Shown one piece after another: positions 18,260 through 27,414 of a stretch of 64,000 bases of DNA. Below the pieces are notes generated by a model, which ran no database searches, had not been told where the DNA came from, and saw only the letters and a list, made by a program, of their open reading frames with translations. Within the stretch, counting starts at the first letter, position 1, and each line of letters begins with the position of its first letter. The DNA is from Candidatus Daviesbacteria bacterium (GTDB lineage Bacteria > Patescibacteriota > Microgenomatia > Daviesbacterales > UBA10151): the NCBI GenBank assembly GCA_028712705.1, contig JAQTPP010000003.1:64052-128051 (forward strand), read 5' to 3'. The translations under genes were made by a program, and so were the position numbers.

Positions 18260-19006
18260 TTAACCAAATTTTCTAATAGCGCTACTTTGTGCTTGAAGTT
18301 CTAAAGTATCATTCAGGGGTTCCAGTTCAATTTTCCCGCCATATTTTACTTCCAGAGCTTTTTTCAGCAGCCAATCAGCAAGTTTTGGATTTTTGGGCAA
18401 AAGCGAGCCATGCATATAAGTGCCGACGGCATTTTTATAAATACAGCCTTCAGTCTGATCCTCCCTGTTATTGCCAAAGCCTTTTACTACCATGCCTAAA
18501 GGTAAAGCGCCTTTTTTCAGGTAAGTTTTTCCGGAATGATTTTCAAATCCTACTAATTTGCCAAACATAGATTCGATTATGATATTGCCGATCATCCGGT
18601 CATGGCTTGCTACAGTATATGCTGGAAATAGTCCTACGCCAGGAAGCTTTGGGCCATTGTGGGGTTTATAATAATCCCCTAAAAGCTGGTAACCACCGCA
18701 AATAGCCAGAAGAGGAACTCCTCTTTCAACTTCTGATTTTATGCTTTTTCCCTTGCTACTTACTACCAAATCCCTTGCTACTAACTCTTGTGCCTGATCT
18801 TGCCCGCCTCCGAAAAAGTAAATATTGATTTTTTTACTTGACACATCGGATGTGTAAAGTTTATCGTCTATAGAAATATTTTTGACGTCAACCTTAATTC
18901 CTCTCCACTCTGCCCGCTTTTTCAGGGCAATGATATTGCCTGTGTCCCCATAAATATTCATCAGATCGCCGTAAAGATAACCGATTGTAATTTTCATTTT
19001 ATTCAT
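18260..19006 (-). CDS. gatD: Lipid II isoglutaminyl synthase glutaminase subunit (CobQ-like)
   Basis: YGDTGN, GGGQD, AICGGYQ, GFENH, TYMHGSLLPKNP; paired with MurT. Confidence 0.92.
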   Translation of the reverse strand: MNKMKITIGYLYGDLMNIYGDTGNIIALKKRAEWRGIKVDVKNISIDDKLYTSDVSSKKINIYFFGGGQDQAQELVARDLVVSSKGKSIKSEVERGVPLLAICGGYQLLGDYYKPHNGPKLPGVGLFPAYTVASHDRMIGNIIIESMFGKLVGFENHSGKTYLKKGALPLGMVVKGFGNNREDQTEGCIYKNAVGTYMHGSLLPKNPKLADWLLKKALEVKYGGKIELEPLNDTLELQAQSSAIRKFG

Positions 19007-20360
19007 CCTCCCAGTAATGTTTCTTGATGCCGGCTTTAGTCAGGATTGATTGCAGTTCCAGCATGGCAGTATATGTGGGAAGGATGAACAGTTTGCCTTT
19101 TAAGCCCATTCCAGCTTGTTTCAGAGCCTGTTTCAGGTCCGGTTGTATTTTAATTTCTTTAGGATTAAAATTGGCATATTTCAAGCGGAGCGCCAGATCA
19201 TTTGCCCTGGAACCGGAAGCAATTATTGTATAGTCCCTCGACTTCGCTCGTTCAGAAAGATTCGATGAATTTTGAATGAGTTCAAAATTCGCATCCCAGA
19301 TCCATGATACGTCTGTACCGTCCGCAATATTGTCATTTAATGCCAGAAGCATTCTGTCCCCGGGTTTGATATTTGGTGCAATAGTTTCAAAGACCTGGGT
19401 AGCTCCGGCCGGATTTTTGATCAGGAAAATATACCCCATGTATCCTACCTCGGAGGTAGGAGTACGATGAGACGTAGGGTTTAAATGGAATTTCTCGACC
19501 CTGCCAAAGGCAGGTGAATAGGTTTTCAAGGACAAAACCATTTCATCAGGATCTATATTTAACATTGTTCCTGCTGCAAAGGCAGCCAAAAAATCATAGA
19601 TATGGTAGATACCGGGAACCGGAAGATGGACGATGGAAGATTGATAATGGAGAGAAAGTGAGAATGAAATTCCGGTTAACCCGTTTGTTTTGACATTTTT
19701 TGCTTCAAAATCCAAGTTTTCGATTTCTTTCTTGTGAATAATTGATTCTCCGGCAATCGTGTAATCCTTGACACCAAATTTTTGAACTTTACCTCTAAAA
19801 CAGGCAGCCAGCTTTAATATGTTGGCATCGTCGCCGTTAACTAAAACCGCAGTTTCCGAAGAGAGCTTTTTTAGTGCCTGGCACCAGTTTTTGGTCACAG
19901 TATCAATTTCACCATAACGGTCAAGTTGATCACGGAAGACATTCAAAAAGATCACAACTTCAGGGTTTAGCTTTGGAGTAACGTTGTTGAAAGCTGCCTC
20001 ATCCAGTTCCCAAATCCCTAGGTCAAAATTTAGCCTGCAACCTTTCAGGTTGACGCACAGGTTGACGCATGAAATTAGAGTAGAGGCGATGCCGCGCTCA
20101 AGATTGGAACCGGTATGATTTCTGATAACTTTAAGTCCTGTTTCTTTTGCAAAATGGGCCAGCATTTTGGCAGTAGTGGTTTTGCCGTTAGTTCCGGTTA
20201 TCACTACATTTTTGGGGATTTTAGCAGCTAATTTTGCAACCAGATTCGGTTCGATAGACAGGGCATATAAACCCGGAGCAGCTGATCCTCCTCCGAGTTT
20301 AAAATTACGGGTGAGGAAAAAAATTAGTTTACCTACTAAAATGGCCAGAATAAATCGCAT
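18999..20360 (-). CDS. murT: Lipid II isoglutaminyl synthase ligase subunit (Mur ligase with DUF1727)
   Basis: GGGSAAPG, TGTNGKTTT, RDQLDRYGE, KNPAG, DGTDVSWIWD, PTYTAML. Confidence 0.93.
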   Translation of the reverse strand: MRFILAILVGKLIFFLTRNFKLGGGSAAPGLYALSIEPNLVAKLAAKIPKNVVITGTNGKTTTAKMLAHFAKETGLKVIRNHTGSNLERGIASTLISCVNLCVNLKGCRLNFDLGIWELDEAAFNNVTPKLNPEVVIFLNVFRDQLDRYGEIDTVTKNWCQALKKLSSETAVLVNGDDANILKLAACFRGKVQKFGVKDYTIAGESIIHKKEIENLDFEAKNVKTNGLTGISFSLSLHYQSSIVHLPVPGIYHIYDFLAAFAAGTMLNIDPDEMVLSLKTYSPAFGRVEKFHLNPTSHRTPTSEVGYMGYIFLIKNPAGATQVFETIAPNIKPGDRMLLALNDNIADGTDVSWIWDANFELIQNSSNLSERAKSRDYTIIASGSRANDLALRLKYANFNPKEIKIQPDLKQALKQAGMGLKGKLFILPTYTAMLELQSILTKAGIKKHYWEDE

Positions 20361-20372
20361 GTGAGCATTATA

Positions 20373-20405
20373 ACTAGTCACTAGTCACTAGTCACTAGTC
20401 ACTAG
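20373..20405. repeat. Heptamer tandem repeat (ACTAGTC)x4.7 upstream of the murT -10 box
   Basis: actagtc x4 plus actag, directly adjacent to TATAAT (minus strand, 20367-20372). Confidence 0.9.
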
Positions 20406-20411
20406 AGTTAT

Positions 20412-21008
20412 TTATCTTAAGGCTAATTGGCCCGAGATGGCAGCTATCTTTGGAACAAAACCGATATTTGCCTGCATATTTTCGCCTTCAAAAGTGTTTG
20501 CGAACTTTTCTAAATCATTCATGAAATATGAAACCTTTCCACCCCAATAAGGGGAAGCAGCATAAACTCTGTTTATGGAATAAGGGTTTGTTAAACCTTT
20601 GTTTAAGTAATTTTCGCGTAAACCTTTAGCGACAGTAAAAATAGCTTCTCTCCATGAACTAAAATAAATAGCCTGGGTGCCATAAACTCCCCAACCCCAT
20701 CCATTAAAACCTCCCGGTATAGCTTTTCCGAAAGTGGATTCAACGCCTGCGATTGAGGGTAGAAGTTTCCAGTCTAAATTATATTCGTTGGCAGCATCAA
20801 TAAAATCCTGCGCATGATATTGCAGCGGAGAATCAAATTTTTTCAAATAGGCAGCTAAAATTTCTGCTTTGCTATCCAATTTTCTGGATTGCACCTGGGT
20901 AACCTGGTCAGTAATTTCCATCTTTTTTTCCGCCCGAACTTGCATGTTTGGGAAAAGGAATAGAAGAGTTAATAAAAAATAAAAAATTTTTAATTTTTTT
21001 GTTTTCAT
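20412..21008 (-). CDS. Secreted glucosaminidase/lysozyme-like cell wall hydrolase
   Basis: Signal peptide; SPL...LDWKLLPSIAGVESTFGK...NGWGWG...FSSWREAI. Confidence 0.75.
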   Translation of the reverse strand: MKTKKLKIFYFLLTLLFLFPNMQVRAEKKMEITDQVTQVQSRKLDSKAEILAAYLKKFDSPLQYHAQDFIDAANEYNLDWKLLPSIAGVESTFGKAIPGGFNGWGWGVYGTQAIYFSSWREAIFTVAKGLRENYLNKGLTNPYSINRVYAASPYWGGKVSYFMNDLEKFANTFEGENMQANIGFVPKIAAISGQLALR

Positions 21009-21090
21009 AGCTTTTAAAAAACCCGTACCAGAGGGTACAGGTTTTTAAGACCGATAGTATAACAGAAAAGGAGTCAGAAGTCAAACTATT

Positions 21091-21123
21091 ACCTCGAAGG
21101 AGTCAAAGCTTACCTTCGAGATG
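21091..21123. repeat. Intergenic copy of the palindromic element also found in frame at 3233-3266
   Basis: acctcgaaggagtcaaagcttaccttcgag versus acctggaaggagtcaaagtccaccttccag. Confidence 0.75.
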
Positions 21124-21133
21124 ACTGCAAGAA

Positions 21134-21736
21134 TTATCGCAGTTCTTCCATGAAGGTAAAAACGCCTTTAGCCCAGCTTCCGTCCACGAGCAGAGATGGA
21201 GGTGTGTATTTGGTCATTATCTGGTATGGTGTTTTTAAACCTTGATTTAAGTAGTCCTCGCGCAGGGCTTTGCCAACCCTTTCAATTGCCTCTTCCCATG
21301 AATTAAATTTGAGCACCATACCGCCATATATGCCGTATCCGAATGGATTATAGGAATGATTAATAACTTTTTTCCCGCCGTTTGATTCCTGCATGGCGAT
21401 TGAAGGCAATAACCGGTAGTCCAACTGGTATTTATCGGCAACCTGGATAAAAATATGGCTATAATCGGATAAGGGTGATTTGTAATTTTTCAAAAAATCC
21501 TCAATTATTTTTGCCCTGCCGTCAGCATAGTTTATTTCGTCTGTAATAGATGTTCCGGATTTAGGTAAAGCTGCATATAGCTTAAAGCTTTGTCCGCCAG
21601 CTGGCGGATTGGGTTTAATTATTTTAGTGTTTGAGAGGTACAAGGTAAAAGTAAGTGAAAATATTAAAGCGGTAGTTGCTGCTGCAAACCAGGCGGCAAC
21701 AAACCACACATTGGTTTTAAGGTTGAGATTGTCCAT
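21134..21736 (-). CDS. Membrane-anchored glucosaminidase/lysozyme-like protein (paralog of neighbour)
   Basis: N-terminal TM; SPL...LDYRLLPSIAMQESNGGK...NPFGYG...FNSWEEAI. Confidence 0.75.
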   Translation of the reverse strand: MDNLNLKTNVWFVAAWFAAATTALIFSLTFTLYLSNTKIIKPNPPAGGQSFKLYAALPKSGTSITDEINYADGRAKIIEDFLKNYKSPLSDYSHIFIQVADKYQLDYRLLPSIAMQESNGGKKVINHSYNPFGYGIYGGMVLKFNSWEEAIERVGKALREDYLNQGLKTPYQIMTKYTPPSLLVDGSWAKGVFTFMEELR

Positions 21737-21822
21737 CTGCTAAAAATTTCTGCAATTGATAGTAACCAGAATTTTTGTCTTTTGTCAATACTTCGGCGAT
21801 CTGCGCGCAGGCATTTTTGAGA

Positions 21823-22842
21823 TTATTCTACTTCTAAAATGGTGCCGGCTAATTTTTGCGGATCGTGGCGGAAAAGATGTTCCCTGATATGATAAACAGC
21901 CAAAGGTTTTTGTACTATTTTTATGCCGGGGGAAATTTTTCTGCATTCAGCCTCGTCTACTACTACAGGTTGCTGCTTATCTTTTTTATAGACTTTTAAG
22001 ACGCCGCTGTCTAATCCATTGGAATTTGCAACCATCACATCTATCCTGTTTTTGCCACCCAGGTAATATGAGAAGCTTTTTAGATAATCGGAGGCTTTAA
22101 AGTTGTCTGTTTCCCCTATTTTGGTCATCAAGTTGAGCACAAGGACTACTTTTGCTTTTGATCCCTCAATTGCCTCTTTTATTCCGGCAACCAAAAGATG
22201 AGGTAAAACGCTGGTGTACAAATCGCCCATAGAGAAGACTATTTTTTCAGCATCGGTAATAACTTGCAGTACTTCCGGGTTTGGGTCTGCATTGGTTTCA
22301 AAATAAACCTTGGTGATTTTCTTCTTTTTATTATAGTCTTCCTTTTCCCCTCTTAAGTCTATATTAGTTTCTCCATCCAATTCCTCTCCGCCTTCCAGTT
22401 TTGCCATCAGATTTAGTTCTGATATGCTCACAGGTAAAACCCTGGATCTGATTCTAAAAAGCAAGCGTTCTGCCTCTACGCCTCTGTCCGCGCCTTTATA
22501 AATGTGTTCTAACCTGGCGGCAATTAAGTTGCCCAGACTATGGCCTTTTAGCGGGCCTTCAATGTCTGCTAACCTGTCATCAAAAAGCTTTTGGGCAACC
22601 TGGCGCTGTTTGGGGTCTTCCATTAAAGCCAGTAAGCATTGTCTGATGTCTCCGGGAGGCAAAACTCCCAGTTCGGTTCTTAATCTGCCTGATGATCCGC
22701 CTGAATCCCAGGTGCCAACAACTGCACTGATCAGTTCCGGCTGGTTTAGTTCTACCAAACCGCGAAGAAGAGAAAAATGTCCTGTCCCTCCGCCAAAAGT
22801 GACTATTTTTTGCTGGAAAGGATACTTTTTGCCGTTTGCCAT
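21823..22842 (-). CDS. yvcK: YvcK/GlmR (CofD-like, UPF0052) protein
   Basis: GGGTG, DSGGSSGRLR, PPGDIR, GHSLGNL, GDLYTSVLP, RHDP. Confidence 0.9.
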   Translation of the reverse strand: MANGKKYPFQQKIVTFGGGTGHFSLLRGLVELNQPELISAVVGTWDSGGSSGRLRTELGVLPPGDIRQCLLALMEDPKQRQVAQKLFDDRLADIEGPLKGHSLGNLIAARLEHIYKGADRGVEAERLLFRIRSRVLPVSISELNLMAKLEGGEELDGETNIDLRGEKEDYNKKKKITKVYFETNADPNPEVLQVITDAEKIVFSMGDLYTSVLPHLLVAGIKEAIEGSKAKVVLVLNLMTKIGETDNFKASDYLKSFSYYLGGKNRIDVMVANSNGLDSGVLKVYKKDKQQPVVVDEAECRKISPGIKIVQKPLAVYHIREHLFRHDPQKLAGTILEVE

Positions 22843-22880
22843 TTAGTGGATATTATACAACACTGGTATAATTAACAAGC

Positions 22881-22966
22881 GCCGAAGTGATGGAATGGTA
22901 GACATGCAACGTTCAGAACGTTGTGAGCGCAAGCTCGTGCAGGTTCAACTCCTGTCTTCGGCACCA
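22881..22966 (+). tRNA. tRNA-Leu(CAG), CCA encoded
   Basis: CAACG-TT CAG AA-CGTTG; long variable arm. Confidence 0.96.
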
Positions 22967-22967
22967 T

Positions 22968-23051
22968 GCCGGGGTGCTGAAATTGGTAAACAGACTACCT
23001 TGAGGTGGTAGCGCCCGTAAGGGCTTGCAGGTTCAAGTCCTGTCCCCGGCA
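22968..23051 (+). tRNA. tRNA-Leu(GAG)
   Basis: CTACC-TT GAG GT-GGTAG; long variable arm. Confidence 0.96.
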
Positions 23052-23057
23052 CTGAAA

Positions 23058-23129
23058 GGGCACTTAGCTCAGCGGTAGAGCGCTTCGTTTACATCGAAGA
23101 TGTCGGGGGTTCAAATCCCTCAGTGCCCA
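23058..23129 (+). tRNA. tRNA-Val(TAC)
   Basis: CTTCG-TT TAC AT-CGAAG; GGTTCAAATCC. Confidence 0.96.
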
Positions 23130-23162
23130 CTTGTAGATGTACATGATATAATCCCAAAATAT

Positions 23163-24926
23163 ATGTGTGGGATATTTGGATACATTGGATCTAAGAATGC
23201 TTCCGAGGTAATTTTGGAAGGTTTAAAAAGACTGGAATACCGGGGTTATGATTCTTGGGGTATTGCGGTAGTAGCAGATCAGATTAAGCTTAATAAAAAA
23301 GTTGGAGCGATTGGCGATTTGAACCAACTAATTAATCTGCCAAAATCCAATGCCGGGATTGGCCATACCCGCTGGGCAACTCATGGAGGAGTGACCCAAA
23401 CAAACGCCCATCCGCATTTTTCTTCAGACAAATCTTTTGTCCTTGCGCAAAACGGCATTGTGGAAAATTACCAAAAGCTCAAGCACTATTTGAAGAACAA
23501 AGGAGCGAAGTTTGCGACAGAGACCGATACAGAAGTAATTGTCCGGCTGATAGAAGACAAGCTAAAGGACAGCAAGGATTTACAAGAAGCCGTAAGGAGA
23601 GCTTTTTTGCTCCTTGAGGGGAGAAATACCATTATTCTTGTGACAAAAAAAGGCCGGATTATAGCTTGCCGGAATGGCTCCCCTTTGGTGGTGGGAATTA
23701 ACGGCAAAGAAATATTTTTTTCTTCCGATACACTATCGTTTGCTCCTTATGTAAACAGAATAATAGTTGTAGAAAACGGGCAGATGATAACCTGGAGTGG
23801 CAAGCTGCAACTTAGGGATATCAAATCCAACAAAGATTTGCCTTATCATTCGGAGAAGATTGATTTTAAAAACAGCAAAGTTGATAAAGAAGGTTATGAT
23901 CATTTCATGCTTAAGGAAATTCATGAGAGCCCTTATGTCATCAGTCAGGTTTTAAATCAAGACTTTAAGTTATATGAGGATTTCATCAAAACATTAAAAG
24001 AAGCCAAAAATGTTTATACAGTCGGTTCCGGATCAGCCGGCATCGCCGCATCGGAGGTCGCTTTTTACCTTCGGGTATTTGCTCAAGTTAACGCAAGAAG
24101 CGTCATAGGCGCTGATATGTATGACTACTATGATTTATTAACTAAGGATGATTTGATCATTGCTCCTTCGCAATCCGGTGAAACAGCAGATGTTTTGGAA
24201 GTTCTGGAAATTGCCAAGAAGAAAGGTGTTAAGGTTGCCTCATATGTTAATATGCCTGGTTCTACTATGACCAGAATGTCTGATTACAAATTTCACTCAC
24301 ACGCAGGACCGGAGATTTGTGTGATGTCCACTAAAGTTTTTACCTCACAAATTGCCTGGGGATATCTGATAGCAAAAATGGCAAGCGGAAAAAGCAAAGA
24401 AGGAAGAGTTAACTTAAAGAAATTAGCTGAGGAAATGGATAAATACTTGAATACAAATACAAACCACGAAGCGATCAGGAATCTGGCAAAAATTTTAGCT
24501 AAACATAAAGATATCTTTCTGCTGGGCAAATATCAAAATTTTAATATTATCAGTGAAGGAATGGTTAAAATAATAGAAGGATCATACATACATGCTCATG
24601 GTATCCCTGCAGGAGACTTAAAGCATTATGCAATAACCTTGATGGAAAAGGGTGTACCGGTAATTGCGGTGGTATCAGAGGATTTGGCCAAGGATGACGT
24701 GATAAATGCAGTTAATCAGGTTAAGGCAAGAGGCGCAACAGTAATCGGCATTTCTCCCGCTGCCTGCGCTGTCTTTGACCACTATATTCCTGTTCCTGAC
24801 AGCGGTGAAACTTCTGCCATCATGAATATAATCCCCTTGCAGCTCCTGGCTTATTATATGGCTGTAAACTTAGGTCATAACGTAGATAAGCCCAGAAATA
24901 TTGCCAAAAGTGTAACAGTTAAGTAA
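23163..24926 (+). CDS. glmS: Glutamine-fructose-6-phosphate transaminase
   Basis: True start MCGIFG at 23163; LEYRGYDS, GHTRWATHG, SQSGETAD, DKPRNIAKSVTV. Confidence 0.97.
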   Translation: MCGIFGYIGSKNASEVILEGLKRLEYRGYDSWGIAVVADQIKLNKKVGAIGDLNQLINLPKSNAGIGHTRWATHGGVTQTNAHPHFSSDKSFVLAQNGIVENYQKLKHYLKNKGAKFATETDTEVIVRLIEDKLKDSKDLQEAVRRAFLLLEGRNTIILVTKKGRIIACRNGSPLVVGINGKEIFFSSDTLSFAPYVNRIIVVENGQMITWSGKLQLRDIKSNKDLPYHSEKIDFKNSKVDKEGYDHFMLKEIHESPYVISQVLNQDFKLYEDFIKTLKEAKNVYTVGSGSAGIAASEVAFYLRVFAQVNARSVIGADMYDYYDLLTKDDLIIAPSQSGETADVLEVLEIAKKKGVKVASYVNMPGSTMTRMSDYKFHSHAGPEICVMSTKVFTSQIAWGYLIAKMASGKSKEGRVNLKKLAEEMDKYLNTNTNHEAIRNLAKILAKHKDIFLLGKYQNFNIISEGMVKIIEGSYIHAHGIPAGDLKHYAITLMEKGVPVIAVVSEDLAKDDVINAVNQVKARGATVIGISPAACAVFDHYIPVPDSGETSAIMNIIPLQLLAYYMAVNLGHNVDKPRNIAKSVTVK

Positions 24927-24979
24927 TTAGCCTGAAGAACTACTTTGTATTTCAATACTTTTTCTGATAGTTTAGACAA

Positions 24980-25447
24980 ATGGTAAAAAAATGCTCAAAA
25001 TGTGGTTTGGAGAAAGAAGCAAACGAGTTTTATATGCGTAAAAAGCACAGAACCGGAGAATATTATGAAAACTGTAAAGATTGTATGAGAAAGCGTGGTA
25101 GGAGTTATTACTATGATAATCACGATCGTCAATTGTGCCTTGCAAAACTAAGAAAACAAAGATACATAGAGGAACGAAAGATTTGGCTGAATGAAATAAA
25201 AAACAAACCGTGTGCAGATTGTGGTAAAATCTATCCACCTTGGGTGATGGATTTTGATCATAGAGATGGCGAGTTGAAGGTAGGTAGTATTTCGTTTCTA
25301 GCAATACATAACACATCGAACTTTGAAAAAATTAAAAACGAGATGGAAAAATGTGATTTAGTTTGTGCTAATTGTCACCGGCAAAGAACACATGTTAGAT
25401 TAAGTAAGACTGCCGAAGTTGCCAACATGGTTAAGGCGCCGCTCTGA
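24980..25447 (+). CDS. Zn-binding HNH endonuclease-like protein whose 3' end overlaps tRNA-Phe
   Basis: CxxC pairs, CADC...DFDH...KCDLVCANCHRQR. Confidence 0.82.
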   Translation: MVKKCSKCGLEKEANEFYMRKKHRTGEYYENCKDCMRKRGRSYYYDNHDRQLCLAKLRKQRYIEERKIWLNEIKNKPCADCGKIYPPWVMDFDHRDGELKVGSISFLAIHNTSNFEKIKNEMEKCDLVCANCHRQRTHVRLSKTAEVANMVKAPL

Positions 25448-25484
25448 AGAAGCGGTTATCGGTGTTCGATTCACCGCTTCGGCA
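25412..25484 (+). tRNA. tRNA-Phe(GAA)
   Basis: GCCGAAG/CTTCGGC acceptor; CCGCT-CT GAA GA-AGCGG; CGGTG-TTCGATT-CACCG. Confidence 0.9.
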
Positions 25485-25593
25485 CATTAAAACAGCTAAA
25501 TTGTTGTAAAGTGGGAAGCGACCGAGTCGCCTTTGGAGACTTGCCACGGCGACAGGTCATGGGTACGTATGAGGAAATTAAAAAGATTTTAAT

Positions 25594-25665
25594 GCGGCGG
25601 TAGTTCAGTGGTAGAATGTCTCGTTGCCAACGAGAAGGTCGCCGGTTCAAATCCGGTCCGCCGCT
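25594..25665 (+). tRNA. tRNA-Gly(GCC)
   Basis: TCTCG-TT GCC AA-CGAGA; GGTTCAAATCC. Confidence 0.96.
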
Positions 25666-25727
25666 CACAAGTAGTTCAGTGGTAGAAATGGCAGTTTTAC
25701 TATAAAACGTATAATATAATTGGTCTT

Positions 25728-26501
25728 ATGGTAATGGGCAAACAAGAGACAGGAAACGACTATGCTCCTTTTAGAGATGAATTATCTGAAGCTAATATAG
25801 ATAGCAGTGGGTATTTTTCTAGAATTACAACATTTGAAAATAATCCAGATTTAGTTATTAGAATTCGAAAACAGAAATCTTATAACTATTTTTCAAAAAT
25901 CCAGGGTGTTAATGTTTTAGCTGTTAATAGGTGCGAACTATTAAAACTAGAAAAGCATGGACTCACTCTACCAAGGTTTATGTCAGTACTTGGAGCAATA
26001 GGAAAATTAAATCCTGTAACTTATTTCATTATAACAGATAGGATTTATGGTGTTGATTTAAGACAGCTTAGATACTCAGAATTAAGTCAGGACGAATTAG
26101 CAAATGCGACAAAACAAATTGATACATCTTTTACTGGAATTGCCAGCTATCTGCATGAAAGATCTAGAAAAAGTGGTTGGTATATAGCCGATGCTTCTTA
26201 CAATGTACGCCATACACAGTTTATGTATGGAAGAAGAAGGGGTGAAACAGAAAGCCGTGTCTATTATGTTGATCTCGGACCTACTCTCCAATATTACTCT
26301 GTCGATGATATCTCCTTTCCTGATTACTATGAAGTAGCAGTAAGGGATTTATATTATTTAATAAGCAGTACGGAGCGTAGATTAAATTCAGTCTTGGATG
26401 ATTCAAGAGTTACTTTATCAGCTTTACTTCTTGACCTTTATCCCAAAAGTTGGTGGTTAAAGGAATTGATAAATTCTGAAGGAAGATTTTTACGGCTCTA
26501 G
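25728..26501 (+). CDS. Hypothetical protein, possibly degenerate kinase-like fold
   Basis: AT-rich ORF after TATAAT; weak motifs (IITDRIYG, YYVDLG). Confidence 0.55.
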   Translation: MVMGKQETGNDYAPFRDELSEANIDSSGYFSRITTFENNPDLVIRIRKQKSYNYFSKIQGVNVLAVNRCELLKLEKHGLTLPRFMSVLGAIGKLNPVTYFIITDRIYGVDLRQLRYSELSQDELANATKQIDTSFTGIASYLHERSRKSGWYIADASYNVRHTQFMYGRRRGETESRVYYVDLGPTLQYYSVDDISFPDYYEVAVRDLYYLISSTERRLNSVLDDSRVTLSALLLDLYPKSWWLKELINSEGRFLRL

Positions 26502-26525
26502 CTGAAGAAACAGAATTTGTTAAAA

Positions 26526-26550
26526 AATCCGGCCTACAACGGCCGGATTT
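26526..26550. terminator. Intrinsic terminator-like hairpin between convergent genes
   Basis: aatccggcc-tacaac-ggccggatt flanked by A/T tracts. Confidence 0.65.
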
Positions 26551-26592
26551 CAATAATTACCAAAATATATAACCGCTAGCGATTATATACTT

Positions 26593-26784
26593 TTATTTTT
26601 TACCCCCAACCAATACGTATACCTTATAAAGGCCTGCCAAACCTACTACCATGTAAACTACTCTGGTGAGCAATGTACCAGCTCCTAAAACTGTCTCAAC
26701 AACATTAAGGCCCAAAAGTCCAACCAATCCCATGTTAACAGCACCGAGCACTAATACCCAAGCTACCAATTGTTTTGTATTCAT
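26593..26784 (-). CDS. DUF378-like small membrane protein
   Basis: LVLGAVNMGLVG...NVVE...YMVVGLAGLY; GGAGGTG SD before ATG 26784. Confidence 0.8.
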   Translation of the reverse strand: MNTKQLVAWVLVLGAVNMGLVGLLGLNVVETVLGAGTLLTRVVYMVVGLAGLYKVYVLVGGKK

Positions 26785-26926
26785 GTATCTATTATCACCT
26801 CCTCTTTTTAAAAACTCTACTTCCATTGTTGGCATACTTTTAAATCATAGTCAATACCTTGATAGTCTATATTGGAGTATTTAAGGTATAATGTGTACAG
26901 AATAATTAGAATTGGAGGTGATAAAT

Positions 26927-27205
26927 TTGGATAAATCAGGAGATGGTTGCTGTAAAGATAGTAAATCTATAGGCAAAGTTGTTCACTACTATGATAAGTT
27001 AGGAGTGGCTATTGTGGATTTGGAGTCAGGTGGGTTGAAAGTGGGAGATGAAGTTAAATTTAAAAGAGGAGATGAAGAGTTCGTTCAAAAAATTGACAGT
27101 CTGCAGGTAGATCACAAGGATGTGGACTCGGTGAAAAAAGGAGACTCCTTTGGCTTGAAAGTAGACCAACCCACCAAGCCAGGAACAGAAGTTTATTTAG
27201 TTTAA
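26927..27205 (+). CDS. Small beta-barrel protein (U32 peptidase C-terminal/EF domain II-like)
   Basis: IGKVVHYYDKLGVAIV...LKVGD...SLQVDH...GLKV. Confidence 0.8.
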   Translation: MDKSGDGCCKDSKSIGKVVHYYDKLGVAIVDLESGGLKVGDEVKFKRGDEEFVQKIDSLQVDHKDVDSVKKGDSFGLKVDQPTKPGTEVYLV

Positions 27206-27278
27206 GTACATTGGCAATGCGCTTCAATTAATTGAATTTGGTATTGAATTTGGTATGGTAGAATCGTCCAAAAATCAA

Positions 27279-27349
27279 TGCGGGATCGTCTAATGGTAGG
27301 ACGACAGACTTTGGATCTGTCTATCATGGTTCGAATCCATGTCCCGCAG
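27279..27349 (+). tRNA. tRNA-Gln(TTG)
   Basis: ACAGA-CT TTG GA-TCTGT; GGTTCGAATCC. Confidence 0.96.
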
Positions 27350-27414
27350 CTACTCACCCACACACTTTTTAGCCATCTGATAAGATTTTAATAAGCGGAG
27401 CTTGTCAGCGATGC

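Noticed and set aside
23100-23162. N-terminal extension of GlmS or a glmS ribozyme
   Set aside because: The extension overlaps tRNA-Val and GlmS needs its N-terminal Cys (MCGI at 23163); only about 33 nt separate tRNA and gene.
27233-27256. 12-bp tandem repeat ttgaatttggta x2 before tRNA-Gln
   Set aside because: A single local duplication in a promoter; no further support for function.
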